From: Thainema sp.
Lineage (GTDB): Bacteria > Cyanobacteriota > Cyanobacteriia > Phormidesmidales > Phormidesmidaceae
Direction of reading: 5' to 3'
Assembly: GCA_052168235.1 (NCBI GenBank)
Contig: JBQLZK010000075.1
Span: 1 to 29,136 of the forward strand
DNA length: 29,136 nucleotides
Below, in pieces: positions 1 through 9,202 of this stretch. Within the stretch, counting starts at the first letter, position 1; each line of letters begins with the position of its first letter. The translations under genes and the position numbers were made by a program. A model generated the notes under the pieces. The model did not search any database, had not been told where the DNA came from, and worked only from the letters and a program-made list of their open reading frames with translations.

Positions 1-75
1 GAGGGTCGGTCTACCTCTCTTCTCTCAACATACAAGGAGTGAGGCGTGAGGCGTGCCAAATTGCAGAACTGGCGT

Positions 76-693
76 TTAAGCCTTTGATGTAAACCGCCCC
101 AGATGTTCTTCACCCTGACGAGACGGCACCGAGTTCTCAACGGGCACGAGTGACTGAATCTCAAACTCAGCACTAAACAGCTCGCGAATCTCCTCTGGGG
201 TCACGCCATAGGGTGGCCCATCGGGGCGATTGTGGGTAAAAAACAGCGCAATCAGCTCACCCGCTGACTTCAGTACCGTTCTCACGAGCTGGACGTACTC
301 TGGCCGCAGTTCCGGTGCGATCGCACAAAAGCAGGTATGCTCCACCAAGTAATCGAACTGATGGGCAAAGTCATCTTCGAGGGTGAAAATATCGCGCTGA
401 AGGAACTGGGCTTGGGTTAGGAGGTTGCGATCGCGGGCCACTTTGGTGGCGGCAAGGATGGCTGAGGGCGCAAAATCAACCCCGACCACCTCAAAGCCCC
501 GCTCAGCAAACAGCAGGGCATCATGGCCTCGTCCTGCGCCTAAAACTAAAACGGAACCGGGTTGAGGCGCATCCGGTGAGTCGAGCAGCGTCACAAAGGC
601 TGGAGCGGGCTGACCCAAATCCCAGCGGGTTGTCCCCTCTTGGTAGCGCTGTTCCCAAGCATCCGGAGTCAAATTGGATGGAGTCTGAGTCAT
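76..693 (-). CDS. SAM-dependent methyltransferase, thiopurine S-methyltransferase (TPMT) family
   Basis: 205 aa; N-terminal W-x2-RY...WD, motif I VLVLGAGRG, VVGVDF, and FDYLVEHTCFCAI typical of TPMT-like enzymes. Confidence 0.85.
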   Translation of the reverse strand: MTQTPSNLTPDAWEQRYQEGTTRWDLGQPAPAFVTLLDSPDAPQPGSVLVLGAGRGHDALLFAERGFEVVGVDFAPSAILAATKVARDRNLLTQAQFLQRDIFTLEDDFAHQFDYLVEHTCFCAIAPELRPEYVQLVRTVLKSAGELIALFFTHNRPDGPPYGVTPEEIRELFSAEFEIQSLVPVENSVPSRQGEEHLGRFTSKA

Positions 694-963
694 TGCTTTC
701 GATAGAGCTAAAGAATGAGCGATTTCAATCTGTCAGCAGGTGTGCCGAATAACGGCTCATCTTAATGTTGAATCATTTCTGAATCATATTGCCTAATCGA
801 GGCAAACTTGCGATCGCATAACTCATACATGCTTGGGCCTACAGAATTTACCGATTAGTTGTGACGGTAAACTCTCCTAGCCGAACTTGAGGCAAATTGT
901 GAGACTGGTTGCATCAGAAATTATTTGTCATTCATTTGTCACTGAAGTCAACACGCCAACCCC

Positions 964-1395
964 ATGAACAAGCTTGAGCAGATCAAAACGCTAAATCGCA
1001 TTCGGCGGTTCAGCCGCATCCTAGATGCTTCAATTGGCTTACCTTTCACCAAATTCAAAATTGGTCTTGACCCTATTCTCGGCCTCGTTCCGGGTTTGGG
1101 TGACGTGGTGACCACGGCTTTTTCGGCTTACATCATTGTGATGGCGGCGCGATTCGGCTTACCGTGGCCGATCTTACGTCAGATGTTGCTCAATGTGGGA
1201 CTGGAATTCGTGGTTGGTGAAATTCCGATTGTTGGCGATATTTTCGACGCATTTTACAAGTCGAACATTCGGAACTTAGGTCTGCTCGAAAAACACTTGC
1301 AGCAGGTGGAACCCGAACTAGAAACGCTTGATATCGAAGGCTTATCGAGCGCTGATGCCCTGACTGCAAAGGACGAACCGCTATTTAATCCGTAA
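964..1395 (+). CDS. DUF4112 domain membrane protein
   Basis: LD..I..PFTKFKIGLDPILGLVPGLGD and IPIVGDIFDAFYKSNIRN motifs. Confidence 0.9.
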   Translation: MNKLEQIKTLNRIRRFSRILDASIGLPFTKFKIGLDPILGLVPGLGDVVTTAFSAYIIVMAARFGLPWPILRQMLLNVGLEFVVGEIPIVGDIFDAFYKSNIRNLGLLEKHLQQVEPELETLDIEGLSSADALTAKDEPLFNP

Positions 1396-1417
1396 TTTCA
1401 TTTGCCATCTGTCCTCG

Positions 1418-1473
1418 AAAGCCAAATGAGCGATGCTCCCACCGCACGGTGGGAGCATCGCTCATTTGGCTTT
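1418..1473. terminator. Long perfect inverted repeat between convergent genes; probable bidirectional terminator
   Basis: 27-bp perfect arms AAAGCCAAATGAGCGATGCTCCCACCG (1418-1444) / 1447-1473, with A/T-run ends. Confidence 0.7.
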
Positions 1474-1482
1474 TATGCGGCC

Positions 1483-2361
1483 CTAATCGTGAGTGATGCC
1501 GTCGGGCAAAATTGTCCCCGTCATATCGGCATTACGGAAATTGGTGTTTTCAACTCTGGCGTTGAGCATCACGGCCTCTGCCAGGGTTGCACCGCTGAGA
1601 TTTGACCAGTTCAGCTTGGTGCGATACATGTTGGCCCCTCGTAGATTCGCGCCCCGTAAGGATGACCAACTGAGCGCCGCTCCCCGCAGATTGGCTCGAT
1701 TGAGATTCGCGTTCACCAGGTTGGCACCATTTAGCTTGGCCCGAGAGAGGTCAGCTTCTCGCAAATCCGCAGATTCCAGCGCTGTACCGTGGAGAATAGC
1801 CGAAACGAGGTTTGCCCCAGCTAGAACGGCTCCATTGAGTACCGTATTGCTTAAATTTGCGCCCTCTAGGATAGCTCCCGTTAGATTCACCTCGACAATG
1901 CGAGCGCGGCTCAAATTCGCTTCAGTTAAGTCCACATCGATCAGAGTTGCCTGATCGAGAATCGCTTCGCCCAAGTTCGCTTCTCGCAAATTGGCCCCAG
2001 TCATCTGCACATGATTCATGGCTGCAGCTCGCATACCGGCTTCTGCAAGATTGGCCCGATTGAAGCTAGCATTCGTTAGGTTGGCACCAATTAAATTAGC
2101 CAAGGTGAAATCTGCCTCATCACAGGTCGCATTTATCAGCGTGGCTTCCCGCAGATTGGCGTTAGCTAAATTCGTGTTGCGCAGATTAATGCGGCTCAGT
2201 AATGCCCGACGAAAATTGATACCACGTAAATCTTGGCCTGACAGATCCGCACCGACCAGGTTGATTTCGCGAAAATCGCGTTCTCCTGCAGCGTAGCGCC
2301 GCAAAAGCTCTTCAGGACTCAGATTACTACTAACGATATTGGTCAAGTCTGGCATGTACAT
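1483..2361 (-). CDS. Pentapeptide repeat protein
   Basis: EELLRRYAAGERDF leader followed by continuous A(N/D)LxxA repeats. Likely start is ATG 2361 or 2355 rather than TTG 2406. Confidence 0.92.
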   Translation of the reverse strand: MYMPDLTNIVSSNLSPEELLRRYAAGERDFREINLVGADLSGQDLRGINFRRALLSRINLRNTNLANANLREATLINATCDEADFTLANLIGANLTNASFNRANLAEAGMRAAAMNHVQMTGANLREANLGEAILDQATLIDVDLTEANLSRARIVEVNLTGAILEGANLSNTVLNGAVLAGANLVSAILHGTALESADLREADLSRAKLNGANLVNANLNRANLRGAALSWSSLRGANLRGANMYRTKLNWSNLSGATLAEAVMLNARVENTNFRNADMTGTILPDGITHD

Positions 2362-2876
2362 TACAAGTATGCTCTGAAGGAAATGTAGGCTCAACACATC
2401 GCCCAAGATCTCGCTTCAACTTAAAACGGGATGAATCCCGAAAGCATTGGTGAACAATCGGATTGAAATTGTTGTAGGGCAAAGCTGGCCGATCATCTAT
2501 GCCGATCATCTAGATTGAGTGACGGCGTGTCTTTAGATTTTGGTAGCGCTATTTAGTTAACACTTGTTTGTTATGGGGCGTACCCACTACAACGAACAGT
2601 TATTACCGTTTAAGAACCACCTATGAGTTTTACCTCTAACATCTAAGTCTGTCAGGAAGGAACAAATTACTTTTTGTGAAAAGCGGGCAGTGTCAGCCTT
2701 TCATGAAAAGCAATTAGTTCCTCAAAACAAACTGCGTCAAGATTGTAGGTATAGAGTACCCGCGCTCGACGTTGATATTGACACTCTGGCAAAAAGCAAA
2801 TCTAGTTTTTCTTTATGGGGTAAATATACAGCAATACGGATTGGCTGACCTGTAAAGATTCGCACATCTAGTGTAA

Positions 2877-3728
2877 CTAGTCTTGCTGAGTGGCAAACTG
2901 TCTAGCGCCGATGAAGGAAAGCGCGATCGCAACTAAGAGCAAAACCGGAATTGAATACCAGGGAAACTCTCTCAGTGGCTGATAGGCAGCAGCTCGCAAC
3001 CCGGTTGTAGTGTAGGTGAGCGGTAAGCAGTAGACAATCACCTGTAGTGCAGCAGGCAGCGTCGCCGGGTCAAAAAACGTAGCGCCTAAAAACGACATAG
3101 GCACAATCAGAAAGTTGTTGAACAGTCCCACACTTTCTAAGGATTTGACGTTGAGGCCAACAATTACGCCGAGTCCGGCAAATACGGCGCAGTTCAGCAC
3201 CAAAACCAGCAAAAACAGCGGATTCAAAAAGCTCCAGATCTGGCCGGTAAACAGAATGGCTACCAAAATCACTGATGCCGCCGTCATCAAGCCCCGCACA
3301 ATTCCGGCCAGCATCTTACCCAAGTGCAGCGCCAGGGGAGGCACCGGATAGAGCAGCATTTCTTCGAAGGTTTTGGTAAACAGGCGATCGCCGCAAATTG
3401 AAAAGGTTGTGCCACCAAAGCTAATCACCATTGATGACAGCGCCACCATGCCGGGCAGGATAAATTCCAAATAGCTATCGCCTGCCGCAGGTTCCACCAC
3501 CTGATCCAGCGAGTTCCCCAGCCCCAAACCAAAAGCCAAAATGTAGATCAGCGGTGAAACCAAACCAGAGGCTGCAACTTGCCAAATACGCGCTCTCAGG
3601 TCTAACCAATCACCCCAAAAGACAGTCAGACTATCGGACAGAACCAACCACAGCGGGAATTTGCGTAGTGTGTTGGCGTTGGCAAGCGGGGAATTGACAG
3701 AAGTATCCACAGGGAACCTAGATTTCAA
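2877..3728 (-). CDS. ABC-2 type transporter permease
   Basis: About six hydrophobic segments; YLEFILPGMVAL, TFEEMLLYPV and PMSFLGATFFDP motifs. Start uncertain. Confidence 0.88.
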   Translation of the reverse strand: MKSRFPVDTSVNSPLANANTLRKFPLWLVLSDSLTVFWGDWLDLRARIWQVAASGLVSPLIYILAFGLGLGNSLDQVVEPAAGDSYLEFILPGMVALSSMVISFGGTTFSICGDRLFTKTFEEMLLYPVPPLALHLGKMLAGIVRGLMTAASVILVAILFTGQIWSFLNPLFLLVLVLNCAVFAGLGVIVGLNVKSLESVGLFNNFLIVPMSFLGATFFDPATLPAALQVIVYCLPLTYTTTGLRAAAYQPLREFPWYSIPVLLLVAIALSFIGARQFATQQD

Positions 3729-3948
3729 AACGTTCTAGCTGTATTTTATCTTTACTTCATTATTTAAAATCTGTTTATGCCATAAGCCAGAATTTTCGGT
3801 TGCGTTGGCACAAGTGGCACAAAATTTGGCGGTTCACAAACATTACCGGAATACCACCACCAAAATCTAAATTTGAATTGGATCAAAGAATACAAATTCG
3901 CTATAGTAGAGAATGCTGTCTAAATGAAGGGTATCCAAACTTCACTAC

Positions 3949-4251
3949 ATGGCTAAGAAAAGCATGATCGAGCGCGAAAAGAAGCGCCAAAAGTTAGTTG
4001 AAAAGTATGCTGCTAAGCGCGAAGAGCTGCTTCAGCAGTTTGACGAAGCGAATACTCAGCAAGAGAAAGTCGCCATTCATCGTAAAATTCAGCAGTTGCC
4101 GCGCAACAGTGCTCCCACTCGCGTACGCAACCGCTGCTGGATGACGGGTCGCTCCAGAGGCTACTACCGCGATTTTGGTTTGTCACGTCACGTGATTCGT
4201 GAGATGGCGCACCAAGGATTGCTGCCGGGCGTGGTTAAGTCCAGTTGGTAG
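3949..4251 (+). CDS. rpsN: 30S ribosomal protein S14
   Basis: [13 protein letters not shown]...[21 protein letters not shown]...LPGVVKSSW. Confidence 0.99.
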   Translation: MAKKSMIEREKKRQKLVEKYAAKREELLQQFDEANTQQEKVAIHRKIQQLPRNSAPTRVRNRCWMTGRSRGYYRDFGLSRHVIREMAHQGLLPGVVKSSW

Positions 4252-4378
4252 TGCTGAATCTGGGTGGGCTGTGATGAGTCAGGATTGGCTCAGCGCCTAG
4301 TCGATCTGGTCGCATCACAGAGTTAGCGTTTAGCGCGAGCCTCGGATGATGTTAGATGTTCAAACTCAATCCATGTTG

Positions 4379-4428
4379 AAAAACCCCAGGTGTTGAATCG
4401 CTGAGTTGCGATCGCGCCTGGGGTTTTT
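4379..4428. terminator. Probable bidirectional terminator
   Basis: AAAAACCCCAGG...CCTGGGGTTTTT between convergent rpsN and the next gene; HIP1 in the loop. Confidence 0.7.
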
Positions 4429-4448
4429 AATTGAAGATTCAACTCGCT

Positions 4449-4802
4449 CTAAGACTGTCCACAGCAGCGATCGACGCCTAAGCTGTCCAGCAGCAAATCA
4501 CCGACCGCATTGGCTACAGCAAACTCGCTGTAGAAACTGCGGGAAAAATCAAACTGCTGCATTTCGGTCAGAATTGCCAGGACTAATGAGCCTAGATCGT
4601 TTTCACCTTCCATGCGCTGACGGACAAAAACGCGCGTCGCCCGATTAGCAATGTCGTCGTTCACGGACTCCGGCAAAAATTCCTCGTTCAGCCACTTCAG
4701 CAAAGCAGCATGAAGCCATACGCCTTCCTGCTCCGGATCTTCCACAGGCGGCAGCGTCACGGGATCAATCGGTTGAGCGGGGGGTTGAGTGGGTTCAGTC
4801 AT
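4449..4802 (-). CDS. Conserved hypothetical cyanobacterial protein
   Basis: WLNEEFLPE...RQRMEGENDLGSLV...FYSEFAVANAV, ending RCCG. ATG 4802 preferred over TTG 4823. Confidence 0.8.
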   Translation of the reverse strand: MTEPTQPPAQPIDPVTLPPVEDPEQEGVWLHAALLKWLNEEFLPESVNDDIANRATRVFVRQRMEGENDLGSLVLAILTEMQQFDFSRSFYSEFAVANAVGDLLLDSLGVDRCCGQS

Positions 4803-4890
4803 AAACGCTGAATGATAAATCAAACGTCAATGCGGCAGTGGTTCTAGTCTACCTTCCCACCCATCTACCCATCCACTCTGGTTGAAAACC

Positions 4891-4945
4891 CAATTTATTT
4901 TTTGTGAAACGTTTGCTCCGCAAACGTTTCACAAAAAATAAATTG
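4891..4945. repeat. Perfect 26-bp inverted repeat with 3-nt loop
   Basis: CAATTTATTTTTTGTGAAACGTTTGC-TCC-GCAAACGTTTCACAAAAAATAAATTG, between divergent genes. Confidence 0.9.
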
Positions 4946-4991
4946 AGTTCTTATACACATACTCAAGATTACAAAGAATAAAGAACCCAAA

Positions 4992-5363
4992 ATGCTAATC
5001 CGAAAGCTACACGAATGCGAAGAATTTATCGCCGGGGACGGCACCCAACTGCGGGAACTCTTGCATCCCGACAAGCAGCCGATTGAGTTGCGCTATAGTT
5101 TGGCCCATGCGGTGGTGCCAATTGGCCAAACCTCTGTGCCGCACTCGTTGACCACATCTGAGGTGTACTACATTCTCAGTGGTACAGGCGAGATGCACAT
5201 TGCCGATGAGGTGCAGACGGTTGAACCGGGAGATGCGGTTTATATTCCGCCCAATGCGCGGCAGTTTATCCGCAATTCGGGGCCAGAGCCGCTAGTCTTT
5301 ATATGTATGGTTGATCCAGCTTGGCGCAAAGAAGATGAAACGGTTTATGCCGACGAAATTTAA
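4992..5363 (+). CDS. Cupin domain protein
   Basis: PHSLTTSEVYYILSGTG and GDAVYIPPNARQFIRN cupin motifs. Confidence 0.9.
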   Translation: MLIRKLHECEEFIAGDGTQLRELLHPDKQPIELRYSLAHAVVPIGQTSVPHSLTTSEVYYILSGTGEMHIADEVQTVEPGDAVYIPPNARQFIRNSGPEPLVFICMVDPAWRKEDETVYADEI

Positions 5364-6324
5364 TGGCTCTTTGGGCAGATTGCCCCGGTTCACGTCACTG
5401 ATTGTTTGTTCCCTCAGCTTCACGCTCTGCTGGAGCACGGTTGCCTGTGCCCAGGAGATGACGGATCAACCGCTTAGGCCACAGCAGATTGAAAAGCAAC
5501 AGGTTGATGATGCTAATCCAGTAGCAGTATCAGATACCGCTGAAGTTTTGGACGATCTAGCCAGTGCAACGGTCGTTTATCTGGGTGAGCAGCACGATAG
5601 CGTGGCCGATCATGCCGCTCAGCTTGAGATTATTCAAGCCCTGCATCAGCGGAATCCTCAAGTTGCGATCGCACTGGAAATGTTTCAGCAGCCGTTTCAG
5701 CCCGTGATTGATCAGTACCTGGCTGGAGAAATCAGCGAAGCAGAACTGCGCGAGCAGACTGAATATGACCAGCGCTGGGGATTTCCTTGGGAATATTACG
5801 CGCCAATTTTGCGCTATGCCCAAGCAAATGACCTGCCCGTCATTGCGCTCAATGTTCCCACTGAGGTGACGCGGCAAGTGGCGGAAAAGGGGCTGGGTAG
5901 CCTCACGGCTGATCAGCGGCAGTATATTCCACCTGTGGATGAAATTGATTTGAGTGATGCCGACTACCGGGCATTGATGCTGGATATTTACAAAGGTTTT
6001 CACGCTGGACATGGCGCGGGTACGAGTTTCGAGCGGTTCTTCCTCGCGCAAGTTCTCTGGGATGAAACGATGGCGGCGGGGATCGTCAACTTCCTGCGCC
6101 AGAATCCGGACTATCAGGTGGTGACGTTGGCGGGGCAGGGACACATTGTTTATGACTACGGCATTCCCAACCGCGTGGAACGGCGTCTAGATGCTCGTCC
6201 CGATCTCTTTCCCGATTGGAGCCATCGCTCGGTTGTACTGAGTCCGAGTGAAGATTTAGCGGCATCTGATCCAACCAATTTAGCGGATTATCTCTGGATG
6301 TCAGACGAAATGGAGATGCATTAG
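5335..6324 (+). CDS. ChaN family (heme-uptake / Tiki superfamily) exported protein
   Basis: Signal-like hydrophobic N-terminus; VVYLGEQHD, IALEMF, AQVLWDETMA and LAGQGHI...GIP motifs. Start ATG 5335 or 5347, overlapping the cupin stop. Confidence 0.85.
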   Translation: MKRFMPTKFNGSLGRLPRFTSLIVCSLSFTLCWSTVACAQEMTDQPLRPQQIEKQQVDDANPVAVSDTAEVLDDLASATVVYLGEQHDSVADHAAQLEIIQALHQRNPQVAIALEMFQQPFQPVIDQYLAGEISEAELREQTEYDQRWGFPWEYYAPILRYAQANDLPVIALNVPTEVTRQVAEKGLGSLTADQRQYIPPVDEIDLSDADYRALMLDIYKGFHAGHGAGTSFERFFLAQVLWDETMAAGIVNFLRQNPDYQVVTLAGQGHIVYDYGIPNRVERRLDARPDLFPDWSHRSVVLSPSEDLAASDPTNLADYLWMSDEMEMH

Positions 6325-6328
6325 AACA

Positions 6329-6988
6329 ATGGCGGCAAAGTCAGATCCAAATCGCATAATTCGCTTATTGCCGCTGGTGGCGGGCATTCTAGGGGGATCG
6401 CTCCTGCTGATTAATCGGTTAGTGACCGCTAACTTGACCGACACGCAAGCGCGATCGGACGTGCTGGGCGTGATCTTGAGTGCGCTACTCATCCTGACAG
6501 GCTTGCTGTGGCAGCGGGTGCAACCGCGATCGCCCGATGTGGTCAACCTGATGGGTGAAGAAGGTTTTGATTTGGCAGATGATTTATCGGAACCCATACA
6601 GACAGAATTGGCCTGGGCCTCTCATCTCCTGCTGACCAACACCGTAACGCGCACGCTGGTAGTTTACTATCAGGGCAAAATTTTGCTGCGACGCGGCATT
6701 CTGGCTCCCAAAGCCGAGGTGAAACCTGGCCCCATTTTGCAGCGGGTTTTGCAGCAGAAAAAGCCTGTTTACTTAGTGGACTTAAAGCTTTATCCAGGAC
6801 GAGTCGAGTTCGATTATCTGCCCGAAAACACCCAGGGACTAATTTGTCAGCCGATGGGCAATAATGGTGCGCTGATTCTAGGAGCCAATGCGCCCCGTAG
6901 CTATACCCAACAGGACGAAACTTGGATTGCAGGTATTGCAGATAAGCTCGGCAATACGCTGGATACGCATGAAGTACAGCCCAAATAA
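6329..6988 (+). CDS. Cofactor assembly of complex C subunit B (CCB2/CCB4 family, cytochrome b6 heme ci attachment)
   Basis: Two N-terminal TM helices, then ELAWASHLLLTNT, LKLYPGRVEFDYLP and PRSYTQQDETWI. Confidence 0.85.
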   Translation: MAAKSDPNRIIRLLPLVAGILGGSLLLINRLVTANLTDTQARSDVLGVILSALLILTGLLWQRVQPRSPDVVNLMGEEGFDLADDLSEPIQTELAWASHLLLTNTVTRTLVVYYQGKILLRRGILAPKAEVKPGPILQRVLQQKKPVYLVDLKLYPGRVEFDYLPENTQGLICQPMGNNGALILGANAPRSYTQQDETWIAGIADKLGNTLDTHEVQPK

Positions 6989-6991
6989 GTT

Positions 6992-7020
6992 GAAAGCTGC
7001 GCGCAGCGCGTGCAGCTTTC
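6992..7020. terminator. Hairpin between convergent genes
   Basis: GAAAGCTGCGCGC-AGC-GCGTGCAGCTTTC. Confidence 0.55.
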
Positions 7021-7038
7021 GAGCGATCTAGCAAGTTT

Positions 7039-7485
7039 TTAATTCAGCGTTGAAATGATCACCCCAACTAGGCAACCTAAACCCGCTCCTAGACCCGACG
7101 TGCCGAGTAAAATCAAGCGGTGCTGAGGCGATTCGAAGGCGATTTGCATCTGTCGGCGGGCTTCAGCCACCAGCATGGCAACAGCACCCGCAATCAAAAC
7201 GGACAGCAGGCTAGTCGTAAACAGCTCTAGGCCGACACTGAATCCGGATTCAACCGTCCAGTTGATGCCAACCGCAAGTCCCAGGGTCAGCAGAACAGCG
7301 CCGATCGTTTCCCACGTGACAGCTAGTAACAACATTCCAAATCCAGCAAACAGCCATCCCAATGCAGGTGATGAAAATAGGTACAGCACTGTAGCGACTA
7401 CAGCAAAACCTAGAACTACACCTGCTAACCATACGGCATATAGCGATCGCGCCCGACGACGGCTTTGTCTAGAAACAGGAGCCAT
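7039..7485 (-). CDS. Hypothetical integral membrane protein
   Basis: Basic N-terminus followed by about five hydrophobic segments. ATG 7485 preferred because ATG 7539 lies inside a repeat element. Confidence 0.7.
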   Translation of the reverse strand: MAPVSRQSRRRARSLYAVWLAGVVLGFAVVATVLYLFSSPALGWLFAGFGMLLLAVTWETIGAVLLTLGLAVGINWTVESGFSVGLELFTTSLLSVLIAGAVAMLVAEARRQMQIAFESPQHRLILLGTSGLGAGLGCLVGVIISTLN

Positions 7486-7510
7486 AGCAGTAGTACCTGC
7501 GAAGATGATA

Positions 7511-7605
7511 TGTAGCTGTAGCCATGTTGGTTGGGACATTTTTGTAGCGCGGCAGAGCCGCGCTACAAAAATGTCCGTGTCTTAACCTAGCGGACTACAG
7601 CTATA
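7511..7605. mobile_element. MITE-like element with terminal inverted repeats and an internal hairpin
   Basis: Ends TGTAGCTGTAG / CTACAGCTATA; internal perfect 20-bp inverted repeat 7534-7553 / 7557-7576. Confidence 0.65.
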
Positions 7606-7632
7606 CAAATATTACAAAACGAGGCGAAATGT

Positions 7633-8295
7633 TTAAACTTTTACGCCCGCTAAAACCAAGTCCACCACTTCTTGAGTGTGTTTTGCGATCGCGGCTGGAC
7701 TGAGCATCGGTTCTCCGGCCCAGACGTGGCGAATATTTTCGTAGGCAATGAAGTAAAACACGCAGGTGCCGACAATATTAATGGCGCAATGATCGGCATC
7801 TAGGGCACGAAAACTACCGTCGACCATACCGCGCTTCAGAATTTGAGTCAGCACATCGTAAAACAGACGGGCATCTAGTTGCTGATAGTATTTGCCCTGA
7901 TTTTGAATCGCTTCATGAAATAAAATGTGGCAAATGTTGGGGCTTTTGGACTGAACTTCAATTGCCCGTTGGACAAACTGCTCTAGCGCTATAGTCGGCG
8001 GCAGCATTTCCAGTTCTAGTTCTTCCCAGGCGCGGGCAAAGTCTTGGAAACAGCGCTTCAGTACCGTCTTATAAACGTCTTCTTTGCTGTTGAAATAGTA
8101 GTAAATCATGGCTTTGGTGACGCCCGTTTTAGCTGCGATCGCATCCATGCGGGCACCTTGTAAGCCATGTTTGGCAAATTCTTCCTCTGCCGCATCCAAA
8201 ATGTCAGCCCTCGTTGATTCCGCATCTCGCACGGTTCGGCCTGACTTATGTTTGCTGGTTTGATGATTGGAGGATTGCTTTGCAGATGAAGCCAA
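7633..8295 (-). CDS. TetR/AcrR family transcriptional regulator
   Basis: ILDAAEEEFAKHGLQGARMDAIAAKTGVTKAMIYYYFNSKE helix-turn-helix; TTG start preceded by AAGG. Confidence 0.93.
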   Translation of the reverse strand: MASSAKQSSNHQTSKHKSGRTVRDAESTRADILDAAEEEFAKHGLQGARMDAIAAKTGVTKAMIYYYFNSKEDVYKTVLKRCFQDFARAWEELELEMLPPTIALEQFVQRAIEVQSKSPNICHILFHEAIQNQGKYYQQLDARLFYDVLTQILKRGMVDGSFRALDADHCAINIVGTCVFYFIAYENIRHVWAGEPMLSPAAIAKHTQEVVDLVLAGVKV

Positions 8296-8360
8296 CTTTA
8301 ATTACCTTGAACAAACAATCAACGGATGCTGAATTAGCAAATCCGTACGCCAAAACTTGA

Positions 8361-8405
8361 AAGCGAGCATCCCACCGTCGCAATGCGGCAGCAAAATGCT
8401 CACTT
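8361..8405. repeat. Degenerate hairpin repeat, related to the element at 16928-16976
   Basis: Right arm GCGGCAGCAAAATGCTC resembles GCAGCAGCAAAATGCCC at 16954; GC-AAT-GC apex. Confidence 0.55.
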
Positions 8406-8429
8406 CCGAATATAGTTTAATTGTGAATT

Positions 8430-8447
8430 AGCCAACTCAAGTTAGCT
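8430..8447. promoter_or_regulatory. Candidate TetR operator
   Basis: AGCCAACT-CA-AGTTAGCT (7/8 palindrome) about 135 bp upstream of the TetR start. Confidence 0.3.
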
Positions 8448-8494
8448 CTGGCCACAAATTGGTGAGAACTCGATTGAATCAGCTATCGATCAGC

Positions 8495-8992
8495 CTATGC
8501 GGGAGCAAGCTGAACGATGAGCGTGCGCTTATCAATCGACTGCACCTTACCGGCTTCATGCAAATCCTGAACGATCCGATCGAGTAGCTCTTGAGCGCGA
8601 TCGCGGTGCTGGTGTTCTCGACCCCGCAGGCGGATTTGGAACTTAACTAAGTTGCCGCCTTCAAGCCACTTAATAGCACGCTGAATCCGAATGCCGTAGT
8701 CATTATCATCAACATTAGGACGCAGCTTCACCTCTTTCATCGTAGGGCGAGCACTTGTGCTTTGGCGCTGGCGTTTCTTTTGCTGATATTGATGCTTACC
8801 GTAGTCCATCACTTTCGCGACGGGTACATCCTTCCCTTCAGAGACAACCACTAGGTCTAAACCTGCTGTCTTTGCGATTTGTAGCGCATCGCGAGTGTCT
8901 GTTGGGCCGTGATTAGTGTTTTCGTGATCGATTAAAAGAACTTGCTTTGATCGAATTTGATTGTTGACTTGTTTTTTGGGTGTCTTAACGAT
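8495..8992 (-). CDS. infC: Translation initiation factor IF-3, with inferred ATC start codon
   Basis: The frame stays open 47 codons upstream of the tracked ORF and encodes IF3-N sequence (NNQIRSKQVLLIDHEN...DALQIAKTAGLDLVVVS...VAKVMDYGK). AGGAGG lies 8 nt before ATC at 8992. C-domain reads KEVKLRPNVDDNDY...LRGRE. Confidence 0.93.
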   Translation of the reverse strand: MVKTPKKQVNNQIRSKQVLLIDHENTNHGPTDTRDALQIAKTAGLDLVVVSEGKDVPVAKVMDYGKHQYQQKKRQRQSTSARPTMKEVKLRPNVDDNDYGIRIQRAIKWLEGGNLVKFQIRLRGREHQHRDRAQELLDRIVQDLHEAGKVQSIDKRTLIVQLAPA

Positions 8993-9202
8993 AAGTCCGT
9001 CCTCCTAAAGTGTGCTCAACATTTTAAATATATTCATTGCTTACAGGGTAGCGCAACACCCTGCTGTAAACCCCATCCCTGAGATATAAACTTACATTTT
9101 GACTTAAGCGAGATCACATGCTCCGGTCACCATTCCTCGTTTCGTCGCTACAGGAAACGATATAAGCTGTTTTACGGCGTCTGTTTCGATCCTTCACGCA
9201 CT

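Noticed and set aside
1493..2296. Plus-strand ORFs of 153 and 92 aa
   Set aside because: Antisense shadows of the repetitive pentapeptide gene
3949..4251. rpsN outside the spc operon and lacking the zinc-finger cysteines
   Set aside because: Normal for cyanobacterial S14
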